NCBI GenBank assembly: GCA_951406725.2
Contig: OX597820.1
Location: 3,782,001-3,846,000, forward strand
Length of the DNA: 64,000 nucleotides
Direction of reading: 5' to 3'
From: Octopus vulgaris
Lineage: Eukaryota
The translations under genes were made by a program, and so were the position numbers. Numbering within the stretch: the stretch's first letter is position 1; every line of letters begins with the position of its first letter. Shown piece after piece: positions 63,391 to 64,000 of the stretch. The notes beneath the pieces were generated by a model. That model saw only the letters and a list, made by a program, of their open reading frames with translations. It was not told the DNA's origin and made no database searches.

Positions 63391-64000
63391 GATAATAATA
63401 ATAATAATAATAATAATAATTAGAAAGCGTAATACTATAAAACTTAGAAGCTAAAGAAGTCGTTGCATAAATATCTTCAGTATCATATCACCTGTGTCAG
63501 GTGCGTTAGTATCTTCCAGGTAGTTTTACAATTAAGTTTAGTCATTCAATCCCGTTTGGTGACGATGCTCTAACGTTGGGTCTTTTGGCTGTAGTCTTAC
63601 AATATCCACATAGTTTATTAATTAATCAATCAATTTGTCCAGTGTATATTGATTTCATAGAAACGAATGTTTTTGCTTTTGATGCAGTTTCAAACTTTTC
63701 ACCTACGTTTTAAACTGTCCCATGCTTTTTTTATGATGATTTGATAAATATCTCAGCCAGGTATGCTAATCAGGTCTTCTAGACATGGTTTTTACTCCTG
63801 CTCCTACCTTTTCCTCTTCTGAAGAAATGCATAAAGTATTTGGCCAATAACGTAGACATTGCTGAAGGAATAGAATGTAGAAGGGTGGTGGATGGGTGGG
63901 TGGGTGTGGCTATAGTGCTGTGAAGAAAACGGCTCTACACCAATATGGCCAACGCTAAACAATTCCAAGCAAGACAATAACAGTAAAGAGAAGCAATCAA

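Overview
Eukaryotic, AT-rich, repeat-dense DNA; the SINE, MITE and microsatellite landscape resembles an Octopus (coleoid cephalopod) genome (inference). The window holds the 3' part of one + strand gene with 17 coding exons (760-57659, about 729 aa in the window; the 5' end lies upstream). It encodes eight 8-Cys EGF/laminin-EGF-type modules, each on its own phase 1-1 exon, then one TM helix and an FGFR/RET/Tie-like tyrosine kinase fold. Every main catalytic motif is altered (VAVK>VALL, HRD>HGN, DFG>GFG, no activation-loop Tyr) while the frame and splice sites stay intact, which points to an EGF-repeat receptor pseudokinase. The introns carry tRNA-SINEs, Tc1/mariner and piggyBac-like elements, LINE ends and minisatellites. 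They also carry several fold-back, Penelope-like insertions with minimal hammerhead ribozyme motifs, including a family with a swapped G3-C8 core and a tRNA-headed family. Most ORFs in the track are microsatellite or repeat artefacts.
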